Source: the human T2T-CHM13v2.0 reference genome, Homo sapiens. Taken from it: a stretch of DNA of 64,000 bases. Shown here piece by piece: positions 18,330-35,060 of the stretch. A model generated the notes under the pieces. That model saw only the letters and a program-made list of their open reading frames with translations. It did not search any database and had not been told where the DNA came from. A program made the position numbers and the translations under genes. The stretch is from the NCBI RefSeq assembly GCF_009914755.1, contig NC_060929.1; one strand, 5' to 3'. Position 1 is the first letter of the stretch. Each line of letters starts with the position of its first letter.

Positions 18330-18555
18330 TATTTATTTTTATTTTTAATTTTTTTGAGATGTAGTCTCACTTTGCTGCCCAGGCTGGAGTCTTGGCTCAC
18401 TGCAGCCTCCAACTCCCAGGTTCAAACTATTCTCCTGCCTCAGCCTCCCAAGTAGCTGGGATTACAGGCACATGTCACCATGCCTGGCTAATTTTTATAT
18501 TTTTAGTAAAGACAGGGTTTCACCATGCTGGCCAGGCTGGTCCTGAACTCCTGGC
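18330..18555 (-). mobile_element. 5'-truncated Alu
   Basis: Partial Alu flanked by TSD ccaattgcatt. Confidence 0.85.
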
Positions 18556-18629
18556 CCCAATTGCATTTATATATGCACAAATTATTTTCAGAAATATTTC
18601 CTTAGACACTGGAGCCACTTTTTAAGATT

Positions 18630-19367
18630 TTTTTATTTTTAATTTTTGTGGGTATATAATAGGTGTACATATTTGTGGGGCACATGAGACGTTTTGATAC
18701 AGGCATGCAATATGAAATGACCACATCATGGAGAATGGGGTATCCATCCCCTCAAGCATTTGTCCTTTGTGTTACAAATAATCCAATTTCACTCTTTTAG
18801 TTACTTTTAAATGTACAATTAAGTTATTGTTGACTATAGTCACCCTGTTGTGCAATCAAATAGTATGCCTTATTCATTCTAACTTTATATTTTTGTCTAC
18901 CCATCAACCATCCTCACATCCCCCCTCCACCCCCCAACTTCCTTTCCCAGACTCTGGTAACCACCCTGCTACTCTCTATGTTCATGAGTTCAATTGTTTT
19001 GATTTTTAGATCTCACAGATAAGTGAGAACATGTGATGTTTGTCTTTCTGTGCCTGGCTTATTTCACTTTACACAATGATCTCCAGTTCCATCCATGTTA
19101 TTGGAAATGACAAGATCTTGTTCTTTTTATGTCTGAATAGTACTCCATTGTGTGTATGTCTTATATTTTCTTTATCCATTCATCTGTTGATGGACACTTA
19201 GGTTGCTTCCAAATGTTGGCTATTGTGAACAGCTCTGCAATAAACATGGGAGTGCAGATATCTCTTAGGTATACTGATTTCCTTTCTTTTGGGTATATAC
19301 CCAGCAGTGGGATTGCTGGACCATATGGGAGCTCTATTTTTAGTTTTTTGAGGAGCCTCCAAACTGT
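18630..19367 (-). mobile_element. L1MA 3' end
   Basis: tttgatacaggcatgcaat...gtatccatcccctcaagcattt pattern; ORF2 C-terminal remnant. Confidence 0.85.
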
Positions 19368-20191
19368 ATGGGAGCCATTTTTGACACAAATTTCTCACTT
19401 TTTTTGTAGCTTCTGTTATTTCTTTGCCTCCTGAAAATCCAGAGAATTTCACTGGAAATACTTTCATTTTTGTTATTTCTTTGCCTCCTGAAAATACATA
19501 ATGTCATTTTTGTTTGTGAAAATTCAGCCTACCCCATAAAACATCTGAAGTGGAAGGCAAAGGCAGATAAAACATTTCTTCCCAATGATTATAGGTGCAT
19601 TTCAATTCAGGTACATGAATCTTTGGCACAACACACACAGGCACTCAATATATTTGTTGATGACATTAATGAATTCTCTTTCCGAGACCGCATTTTATAA
19701 TCCAAGTTTGAAATATTAAAATGTTTCCATTGTAACCATGTCAGGCAATATAATGCCTTCCATATTCAAGGTGATAGAAGATATACAAAATCGTTTCATA
19801 TATATGATCTCATTAATAGGACCTAGGGGTCTGCAGGTGGTGACAGAAAGGATGAAAGGAGGTTACAGCATGCTGTAGTGCAGTGATTCTCAAAGAGCGG
19901 CTTAAAGACCACGAGCCACAGCACCTTCTTGACACCCTGGTGAAACGATCAGCTGCAGGGCTCAAGTGCAGCTGAAAAAAGTCAAGATTCAGGAGGTGTG
20001 CCTCATGAATCTGCATGTGAAAATAACTGTTCCAGATGAACTCATGCCACTCTAAAATTTGACAAACACTGATATAGTTAAACAAACAAACAAGCAAACA
20101 AACAAACGGCATAATATGCTTCAGAATGAATTGCACTATGAGCAAATTCACCTCTTTTATCTGGTTTCCTCTTTTTCTCAGGTATACCTCA

Positions 20192-20686
<495 letters not shown>

Positions 20687-20839
20687 TCATGTTACACAAG
20701 TCATTCACTACAGCTGTGCAGTGTGCATGAGTGACAGCATTCACAGGTAGGAAAAGTAGGATTGAATTGGATAAGAAGATCCAATAGGGTGCAGAGGTTG
20801 GATTTTTCACAGTGAGCCATGAAGTCATAGAAAGACTGT

Positions 20840-22830
20840 ATATCTTTATTATAAGAAGTTTCAAACATCCTCAAAAGTAGAAAGAAGAGTATAATGAAGC
20901 CCTCTACACCCACCACCCAGATTCAATAATTATCAATGGTTTGTCACATTTATTCATCCATCCTTTTTTGTTTTACTTTTTTCTTTGCCAAAATATCTTA
21001 AAGCAATCTCCAGCTTTCCTGTTATGTCACCCTGCATGGCTCAGTATGCCTCTATGGAATATATTGCACTTTCTTACATAGACAAAATGCCTTTATCATA
21101 CCAGAAAAAATAGCGATATTTTCTTGGCATCATCTATCAGCCCGTCCATAATCACACCCCAACTTTCTTTGAAAAATCTTTTTACAGTTGGCTTTCTGAA
21201 TTAGACTTCAAACAGTTCACACATCACAGTTAGTCACTAGGTTTCTCAAGTCCCTTTAATCTAGAAAAGTACTCTCCCTCATCCTTGTTTTTTATATCAT
21301 TGGCTTATGGCAGAAACCAGGTGCTTTGTTCATACAGAATACTCCATACTCCTGATTTGCCTATGGTCTACCTTAGGGACGGCATGATCATTTATCTGTT
21401 AGTGAAATTACCAGAATTACAGTTTTGAAATGAATAAATATATATTCTATGGTAAGTCAAATAGTAATTATGTTAGTGTCATTAGAAACCAAGATTTTTA
21501 GCATCAAAGAAAACAAGTACAAATACAAGAGAAAGAAGATAAGCGAAAAATTTGTAACCTTAAATTTGAATTGAAAACATCAGTTTAAATCCGAGATGTA
21601 ATTTTATTTTTGAAAAAACAAAACCAAACCATTTCCCAGCTCTGAGCAATGAAAAGGCCTAGAAGTTATGGCCAACCCTGTAGTCAAGAGCACCTGTAGC
21701 ACCCAGATTATGGTTTTGCAATATAATTTTCCACTAAGAGGAAAGGAGGCTCCTTAGAGAAATGGCAGATTCCAGGTCTGAGGCAGCAAATACACAGATT
21801 GAGTCTGAACATCTTGTCATACCAAAAAATAAGGGCATTACCATTCCACTGGCACCTCCTCAACAGGACACAGGAACCAACTCGATGGGACTCCCACTGG
21901 CCAAAGAAACACAATGCAAACATCAGAAAACATAATGGCTAGCATGGATTGCAATACCTCAAATACATTTAAAACTTAAGTATTCCTAAAAATACTAACA
22001 CAGGGCTAGAGAAACATGTGAAATGATACCACAGGGACGTAATCAGCCAAATCCAAAATGCAGGATATTTGACAGGACAAATAAGTTGCTTTCTTCAATA
22101 AACTAATGGTAAGAAAAGTAAAAGCAGGAAGCAAACTAGTATAGATTAAAAGAGACTTGAAAATTATATCAGCCTGGTGTGGTGGCTCTTGCCTATAATC
22201 CTAGCACTCTGGGAGACTGAGGCAGGAGGATCATTTGAGCTCAGGTGTTCGAGACCAGCCTGGGCAACATGGTGAGACCTTGTCTCTACAAAAACTACAA
22301 AAATTAGCTAGCATGGTGGCACACGTCTGTAGTTCCAGCTACTCAGGAGGCTGAGTTGGGAGGAGCACTTGAGCCCAGGAGGCAGAGGTTGCAGTGAGCC
22401 GAGCCGTGATTGTGCTGCTGCAGTTCAGCCTCGGCAACAGAGCCAGACCCTGTCTCAAAATAGAAAAAAGAAAAAGAAAAGAAAATCATGCCAACCAAAT
22501 GCAGTGTGTGGCCCTTCTTTGGATCTGGATTCAAACAAATTATATATAAAAATATATGTGAACTAATTAAATCATTGTGAATACTGACTGGCCACTGGTG
22601 ATATTAAGGAACTGTTAAAAAATGTTAAGAGCTATACTAGAACTGTGTTTATTTTTTTTTTTTTTTAAAAAAGAACCTTTATCTCATAGAGACCCATCCT
22701 AAAGTATAATGTCTAGGAACTGCTTTACAATAAGCTAGTAGGGGGTAGATGGATAGATCCTAAGGAGAGAATAAGAGATGAAAAAACTCTGGCCTATGTA
22801 TATTGTGGGTGATGGTATATAAGAGTTTAT
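20840..22830. mobile_element. Old L1M (L1MC/ME-like) 3'UTR fragments in both orientations, with Alu inserted
   Basis: tagaaaccaagat..., agcacccagatt, caaccaaatgcagtgtgtgg...ggattcaaacaaa motifs. Confidence 0.6.
22171..22484 (+). mobile_element. AluJ
   Basis: Forward diverged Alu. Confidence 0.88.
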
Positions 22831-22844
22831 TATGCTAAGCTCTC

Positions 22845-23211
<367 letters not shown>

Positions 23212-23565
23212 TGAAAGAAAATTTTTCTAACAACAGATTAGAGGTGGACCTCTGAAATACGATCTGATGTGATGACTGCAAATTTAAGGAATCAGGAAAA
23301 CAGATGAATGTGTTGATGCTTGCCACACCAAAGATGAATATGGGAGAGCCTATGTATACATGAGACTGCTAAGTAGCTTTTTACTCCAAATTAAGGCTAA
23401 AACAGGAAAAATGGTGGATAGATCACGCTATACTTTTAAATGTAGTTACCCCTACACAGCATGAGAAGGGACAATAAGAGTTATTTACACTTTTAATTCA
23501 ATGCTAATTTTTAATAAATAAATACTCTAAACTTGCATAATGAATGTTTATTACTTTGTCTTTTA

Positions 23566-24117
23566 GTTTTATTTTTTTATTTTATTAAATTTTTATATTT
23601 CCACAGGTTATTGGGGAACGGGTGGTGTTTGGTTACATGAGTGAGTCCTTTGGTGGTGATTTGTGAGATTTTGGTGCACCCATCACCCGAGCAGCATACA
23701 CTGTACCCAATTTGTGGTCTTTTATCTCTCACTCCCTCCCCACCCTTTTCCCCATGAGTCCCCAAAGTCCAATGCGTTTTTCTTATGCCTTTGCATCCTC
23801 ATAGCTTAGCTCCCACATATGAGTGAGAACATACAATGTTTGGTTTTCCATTCCTGAATTACTTCACTTAGAATAATAGCCTCCAATGTCATCCAGTTTG
23901 CTGCGAATGCCATTAATTCATTCAACTACCATGTGATCCAGCAATCCCACTACTGAGTATCTACCTAGAGGAAAAGAAGTCATTATATGAAAAAGATACA
24001 CATGCATGTTTATAGCAGCACAATTTGCAATTGCAAAAACATGGAACCAACACAAATACCCATCAATCAACGAGTGGATAAAGAAACTGTGGTATATATA
24101 TACCATGGAATGCTACT
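23566..24117 (-). mobile_element. 5'-truncated, 5'-inverted L1PB
   Basis: L1PB 3' end on the minus strand to ~23923, then contiguous L1 sequence on the plus strand; TSD tttgtctttta. Confidence 0.88.
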
Positions 24118-25151
24118 TTTGTCTTTTAAAAGTTAATATTTAAAGAGCAAATGGCATCCACCTTTCTGTATGATCTTTCTTCAACTTCCAATCTGCTGTC
24201 TTTTGCACCTGATCCTTTCTTTCAGTTCTTACAAAAGCACCTTAGCTGGGGTACCTACCTTCTGGGACTTCCCCTTCACTTTGTCCTGAATGTTATAACC
24301 ACAGTCATCTTTTGACTTCATTTCCATCCTGTTCTCTCCCATTACCTGCAGAAGAACAGTCAAAAGACCCCAGGCTGGTTTTGATGTTCCTCCATTATCT
24401 TGCTCCAGCCAAACCCTTTCAAGCTTCTATCAACTATTTACCTTCCCAAGTCCTCTCTGCAAACCAAACTGATTCACCCCCGTCCTTTGAATGATGTGAT
24501 CCATGTCTTCTCCCTTCTTTAAGAATACTGTGAAATATTTACCTTAGCATATATTCACGCTTCCATTCAGGAATACTAATACTCCTCATTTGTGACCTTT
24601 CATTCAACATAATTGTGACTTAATTTGTGATGTCTTTTTTTGTTATTATTTTCCTCATATCTGAATGCAAAATTGAGCCTCTAACAGTTTATGCTTTTTT
24701 TCTTCATTGCATTAGAAGCCTCTTAAAAGCAAAGATGGTCTTAAACTTTATGTTGCCCAAATATATAGTGGAATGACTTACAGAGAATAGAGATTCAAAT
24801 ATTAGCTAATTGATATTGCCACTCTAATACAAGACTGAATGGCAACTTAGAATTAACCAAGATAGTTTGTGAATAATTTGAAATGGTCTTCATAGATTCT
24901 AGAACTGAAAAGTCAGAGTAAAACTTGGCCACTTAAGAACACAAATTTCTTTGCTCTTAGGTTCTTTGTATATTAAATAAAGGTAAACAATGTGATTTGT
25001 CTGGGGAATATTGAACTCAAATGCTTTAAGACACCCAGTAATAATATAAAGTAATCCAAGCATGGCACAGATCTAGTTTAATTTGGGGGGCTTGATAAAT
25101 ACCAGTACATTTATAGGGATGTGTGTACTGGGGGAGGAAAGGCCAAATAGG

Positions 25152-25522
25152 AGTGCCTTAGTCTGCTCGGGCTGCCATAACAAAATACCACAGACTGTGT
25201 GGCTTAAACCACACAAATTTATTTTCTCACAGTTCTGGATGCTGGAACATTCAAGATCAAGGTCCAGCAGTGTTCGATTACTGGTGAGGGTGCTCTTCCT
25301 CGCTTGCAGATGGCTACCATCTCACTGTGTCCTCACATGGTGGGAAGAGAGAGCTCTACTATCTCTTCCTCATTTTATAAGGGCACCAGCTGTACTGGAT
25401 TAGGACCCATTTTATTTAACCCTTATCACCTCCTCAGAAGTCCTATCTCCAAACACAGCCACTTGAGGGTTAGGGCTTCAACATATGAATTTTGGAGGAA
25501 CACAAACATTCAATTCACAACA
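25152..25522 (-). mobile_element. MLT1A-like MaLR LTR
   Basis: ttagtctgctcgggctgccataacaaaataccacagact...ttcaacatatgaattttgg...acaaacattca. Confidence 0.85.
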
Positions 25523-25730
25523 AGGGGTAAGGAAAGAGTGGAGTAGCACCATTTCATAACTGTTGGCCTGACAGTAAACCTCTAAGTGCAGCACATTATG
25601 AAGTATATTGTATCTTTCACTTATGCCACCTCTAATCTATTGGATGCATAGGCTCTTCATTCACATATCAAATTCCTGCATGGAACTGAGTCACAATGAA
25701 CAGTAAAGATTATGAAGACTATACTGAACA

Positions 25731-26035
25731 GGCTGGGTGTGGTAGCTCATGCCTGTAACCCCAGCACTTTGGGAGGCCAAGGTCAGGAGTTCAAGACCAG
25801 CTTGGCCAACGTGGTGAAACTCCATCTTTACTAAAAATACAGAAAATTAGCTGGCCATGGTGGCAGGTGTCTATAATCCCAGCTACTCAGGAGGCTGAGG
25901 CAGGAGAATCGCTTGAACTGGTGAGGTGGAGGTTGCAGTGAGCTGAGATTGTGTCACTGCACTCCAGCCTGGGCAGCAAAGTGAGACTCCATCTCAAAAA
26001 GCAAAAAAAACAAAAAAACAAAAAAGGAAAAAAAA
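25731..26035 (+). mobile_element. AluS with small left-arm deletion
   Basis: Flanked by aagactata(c/t)tgaaca. Confidence 0.9.
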
Positions 26036-27522
26036 GATTTCAAGACTATATTGAACAAGAGGGAGAATATGAACCTGCTGACTATAAGAAAGGAAACAAA
26101 TTTATACAAGTATAGACATTTCACATAAAATTATCATGTATATTTACTTATATACTTAAGATAGTTTTTTTAGAAAGTCGAGGTTTCCTATCAAAGTGTT
26201 AAATATAATTATTCTTTCCAGACAAAATAGGATCTAGTTTTTTAATAGTATTCACCCAATTTAAAAGCCTGTCTTACTCACCTGATGACCACATACCACT
26301 TTAGTTGACAAGAATAATTCAGTGATACTGTAAGTACTTTTCTATGGTAAACTTTCTGTTGAGCATTATGGAAGAACTAAAACAGGTTGAATGCATGATT
26401 CATTCACTGAAGAAGATTAACATTTTAAATGAGTTTAATCCTCTATTTCACAAATAGCTTAGCATAGCAATCTTTAAATACTCTAAGAATCAATAAAATG
26501 ATTTGCAATTGGATATTTGTAAAATGTTGCCCACAGACCATCCTCAGCAAGTGACCAGAAGATTAACCAGTTTGTGAAATGACTAAGGTTCATCTACAGT
26601 CAACATGGCAGCAGAGACAGATATAAAATCGCATAAGTCACCCAGTTTTTAAACAGATAGTCCAAATTGTGTGTGGGGAGGGGTGTGGATCAGTGGAAAC
26701 AGCGGGGTGAAAATCTTGGCTAGGATAGCTCATTTAAGATATGCCTTCGCCTGGCCCATTTTCAAAATTCTGGTATCTCTTTCGTAAAACAGTCAATATC
26801 AGATTGTTTGCAGGTAAGGTAGTCCAAGAGGTCCTGCACAGGAAATGTCCAGTGCTAGGCAAATGTCAAATGACCAATGCTGGGTCCTTGCTGGAGGTGT
26901 CAGGCCAATGGTAACCCCTTGGCGAAGTGCCTCTGCTTTAGCCTAAGTTCAAATGATCCGGTTTCAAACGGGGACTTTGGAAATGCCATACATTCTTCCC
27001 CAGTCTCAAATATGCTGGTTGTGTTAAACCATACAGAAATAAAAACCACTGTCCAGATGGATTCTATCATCACTTTGTCAGTGGATCCCTCCAGAGGAGG
27101 TTTCAATATTACTAGACAGAGTGGCCAGCTATACATCAGTCCACAGAGTGGTTCCGTGTTGTTTTTATCATGTCACGAATTCCCTTCTTAATCACATGGC
27201 CAACGCATTAGCCAGCCATGGTCTCCTTGAACACTCTAAAATTTGATTATATTAATACATCCATATTTGCACAGATTCTCCTGGCCCCCTGAGGCCAATA
27301 TTTTGACTTCTCAGACAACCACCCAGTGAGACCCCATTAGCTAATTAATGATGAATGTTACTAATATGTGCCTAGAGTATATCCTCATTTTTTCCTATAT
27401 TAAACAGCAATTCTAGTATATTCCTAATGATGCAGACATGATGGGCACCACTTTAGTTATCCCAGGTAGAGACAGTCTCTCAGAGGTTATCTATTTTATC
27501 CAAACGAATTCTGCCATAATAA

Positions 27523-27896
<374 letters not shown>

Positions 27897-27934
27897 TAAG
27901 TGATGCCATTTCAAGGAAAATAAAAATTACCACT

Positions 27935-28660
<726 letters not shown>

Positions 28661-28854
28661 TCTATAACCGATACGAATGTTCCTTCCTCAAATGAACCTA
28701 AAAGAGTTTGTTGACTGAAACACAGAAGGGTTGTAGTTTTCCAGCCAGGCTGCCAGTACTTATATTCAACTTTGCAAATATGTAGACAGTGACTAGTACT
28801 TCTGGCCTCTCTCTGGCTGTTCACAACTGTAAAAGGCCTTCCATTGTAAGGTAC

Positions 28855-29073
28855 CTCAGCCTCCTACATTCAAGCGATTCTCCTGCCTCAGCCTCCCGAG
28901 TAGCTGGGATGACAGGTGCTGCCACCATGCCTGGCTAATTTCTGTTTGTATTTTTAGTAGAGACGGGGTTTCACTATGTTTGCCAGGATGGTCTCGAATG
29001 CCTGACCTCGTGATCCACCCCCCTCGGCCTCCCAAAGTTTCAGGATTACAGGCATGAGCCACTGCGCCCAGCC
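28855..29073 (-). mobile_element. Partial Alu
   Basis: Reverse Alu lacking its 3' end and tail. Confidence 0.85.
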
Positions 29074-29899
29074 AACACTGGCATTATTAATACAGAGCAG
29101 TATACTTTTTCTATTGCCAGTATGTTAAAAATGTAAAACTATCTAAAGAAAAGTGTGTATAATTTTTAGTATATATGTAATAATCAAGATTATGAAATAA
29201 CTTGAATTCATATCAACAGTGGAGAAGAATTTTTTGTTATTGTACTCTGGTTAGGCACTGGATATTTAAATAAATTATGTTTAAGGTCAATGAATTGACA
29301 AAACAAAAATTAACCAGCATGAAAGAAAACACACAGGTGAATATTTTATTAATATATAACTGTTGCGTTTTGGGAGGATTTAACGTAAATTTGAATTTTG
29401 AGGATGCATTCTTCTCCTGTTTCTCTCACCTGCCTGCCCTCTGCTGGATTCCCAAAGCTTACTGAGTTATTAAGCAATCTTTCTAAATGTACTTAACAAA
29501 ATTGCAATTGTAGAATAAGCTAAGGGAATTGTACACTGTTTCCTGTACTTTGTTTAAAAGTGCTACTAAAGTAAATGATTGATCATAGATTTTACTTTTT
29601 AAGTACTGATAGAGTTTCAGTTTCAGTCTCACAATTTACAAAAATATTAACATTAACAGCCTTTCCATTTCATCCAGAAAGGTAATGTAGGTAATGTCAC
29701 AACCATTCAAAATTTTTCAGGCTAGAAAAGCTGGGTGAGGTCGGAGCAGGGCAATGAGGAAATATCCAGTTTGATCAATTTACAAATTAAAAAAAGAGTA
29801 ACTTACTCTGTTTGATTAAAATTATAATCCTATGCTATCAAAATATAATTTTAAACATTATATTCAGATGATATAAATGTACTTGATAATTACTATTTA

Positions 29900-30120
29900 T
29901 ATAGCACTCATTATTTACCAAGCACCTTCTAAGTACTTTACATGTATCAACTCATTTAATCACCACAGCAACCTATGAGATAAGTATTATTACATGTCCA
30001 TTTCTCAGATGGGGAAATGAAAGCATAGAGATGAAGTGCCTTCAAGTTTGCCAGCTAGTAAGGAATACAGCTGACATCAAAATCTAGACTCTGTTTTCCT
30101 AACCACTGTGCTCTCCTGCC
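29900..30120 (-). mobile_element. MIR
   Basis: ctcatttaatcaccacagcaacctatgag...catttctcagatggggaaatga. Confidence 0.75.
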
Positions 30121-30580
30121 TCATCTCATGTTATTGTTCAGAAAATTATTTGAATTACAGACTTACTGTCATCCTGATCTTAGAAATAACAAATCAAAAC
30201 TCAGAGATGTTAGATGAATTTCCTAAGGTATGAGAATTACAAATGTCAATTGAATCTCCTGAAAAGTACAAAGATCAAAGATCCATCTGTCTTTTTTAGA
30301 AGGCTAGTTTCCATAAAGGAAGATAATTTTATAATTCCTATGGGTTCTAAATGTCCTTCCTTTAATTGAGTTTTGTGATAGAAATGAATTATTTGACGTC
30401 CTGGAGCATCTTCTGTGCTAATTTTAATAGTTGTAGGGACATAATTCTATCTTAAATTTTATTAACTGACATAAAAGAGATGGAGTTGTATGCATATTTT
30501 GTTGATAGACACTCACGTAAGAAAGTGTTGATTGAAAACAGAAATCTTAAGCAGCCACTCAAATTTTAAAAGGAAAAAAA

Positions 30581-31041
<461 letters not shown>

Positions 31042-31439
31042 TCAAGGACCTAAAATTTGAGGTGATAAAAATGCCATTTTAAAACAATAGCTTTAAAAGG
31101 TGGTTGGGTTTTAGAAGTTAGGCAAAAGCAGCAGGCAGTTAAAATAACGGGGTATTGTGCAGCAGACATCTTACAGAGGTCAGAAATCAGGATGCGTGTT
31201 TGGGATGTGGGCATCAGATATGTTGGGTTGTGGGAATCACAGTTGAGATTGGATATCAAAAGTATTGAGACATGGAAATGGAAGTTACGACTATGGGAAT
31301 CAGGAACTTTGGGACACAGGAGTGAAAATGGGACACAGGGGGAGGGTATTAACGATTTTAAGGTTTAAAGGAGTTCAGTTGTGGAAATGCAGATTTATGG
31401 ACAGTGGATGAGCTATGAAAACCAAGGGTGAAGCATGGA

Positions 31440-33590
<2,151 letters not shown>

Positions 33591-34039
33591 GACCCAATTC
33601 TGCTCCAATAAATTCTCATTGCAGTGGAATCATTTGTTGTAAAATATAAGTTCATATTAAACAAAATGCAGACAAAGAATGAGGTAAAGCTTGAATTTTA
33701 CAACTTAACAGCATGTAGACATGGGCGGTTTAATTTTAACCAAAATCAAGTTAAAAACATTGTTAAGCAACAATGGAATTTGGGCCCTGGGAGTCAGGGG
33801 TCAAGGGCAACAGCTGGCATGTGGGAGTCAAAGGTTATGGCTGTGTGTGTCTGTGGTTCCTGGCTGTTAGGAGACAAGAAAATCTGTGGAGATGCAGGTG
33901 TCGGGAGCCATGGGCGATAGTTGTATTTTGAGGGTCAGGGGTCAAGAGAGCCTTTGGAAGACTTATGAGTCAGGGTCCACGGCTGACGGGTGGGTCGTGG
34001 TAGTTGTGTCAAAGGGCAGAGGTTGGAGGTCATGACCCA

Positions 34040-35060
34040 CCAACACACGCCGGTTGAAACTTGAGCGCAAGGGACGGTTGAGATTCCCGGAGGACACGCC
34101 CCTATCGGCCCCGCCCCGTGCACCGCCTCCGTCGCCCCGCCCCGTCCCTCCCAGCCCCGCCCCGTCCCTCCCAGCCCCGCCCCTCCAGCGCTTCGAATGC
34201 GGACGCGAAGCCTGGCTGAGGCTGCGAAGGACGAGCGGCGCAGGGACCCCGCGGGCGTCTGGGGCTTCCGCGGCGCCCGCCTCTGCTCCCTCCCCTCGGG
34301 CGCTGGGTGCCGACCGGCCGGCTGGCCGGCGCCGCCTCCTGGGAAGATGGCGCTGCACTTCCAGGTCAGTGTGCTCTGCGCCGCGGGCCCGCGCTCCGCC
34401 ACGCTGGGAACCCGGCGGGACGCGTCTGGAGACCGAGGGCCGAGGACAGCGGCGGAGGCCGCAGGGCCGTGGGCCGGTGTCCCCGGAGTCCCAGCCCCTG
34501 CCTCTGCCCCTAGCCGGGGACCGGGACACTGGTCTGGGCTGCACACCCCAGGCCCGGGCCGGAGCCCGAGAAAGGGGCGGCCGAGCCTGGGTTGGAGGCG
34601 GCGGGTGGAGGGGGCGGGGGACAGGCCCAGGGCTCGTCCCGGGGAAGGTGCGGACGCCGGCAGCACGCTCGCTGACCGCGGCTTTAGTGTTGCCAGGGCA
34701 GGTGGGAGTCCCAGCTGGGCCGGCTTTGGCGCGCCTCGCGCGGCTGCCGAGCGGTGGAGCAGCCTTCCCGCCTTCCCGCCGCGTCGCCGGCGCGGCTCTA
34801 TCGTCAGCCTCCCTCCACACAGTTGAGCCCCAGCCGGAGCGGGGGCTTGGGATCCACCGAAGGAGCGGCGGCAGCGGTTGGACTTTAATTGGCCAGAGGA
34901 GACAGGGGCTGCGTCTGGGGGGAGTTGCGAGGGAGGGCTACGCGGCCGCCTCTTCGGAGGAGGAAACCCGGGCCGGGCGCGGGCGCGGGCGCGGACGCGA
35001 GGATCGCAGAGGCTACGAAGATGGGACGCGTGCTTGTATATCCTCGGGCTGCTCTGACAT
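34040..35060 (+). promoter_or_regulatory. CpG island / RANBP17 promoter with multiple GC boxes
   Basis: Abrupt GC- and CpG-rich ~1 kb block around the start codon; repeated CCCCGCCCC at 34108-34183; no obvious TATA box. Confidence 0.92.
34347..34364 (+). CDS. RANBP17: RANBP17 coding exon 1 (MALHFQ)
   Basis: aagATGG start in a strong Kozak context inside a CpG island; 6 codons then GTCAGT donor at 34365; joins in phase 0 to exon 2, giving the RANBP17 N-terminus [15 protein letters not shown]. Confidence 0.95.

Noticed and set aside
19414-19495. 25 bp repeat plus 32 bp spacer resembles a CRISPR unit
   Set aside because: Only two copies, human DNA, no cas genes
26877-27191. GGFNITRQSGQLYI looks faintly like a cadherin repeat
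   Set aside because: No cadherin calcium-binding motifs (DXD, DXNDN, LDRE) and no clear exon structure
27280-27297. Possible CTCF site (ctggccccctgaggcc)
   Set aside because: Poor match to one half of the CTCF core motif
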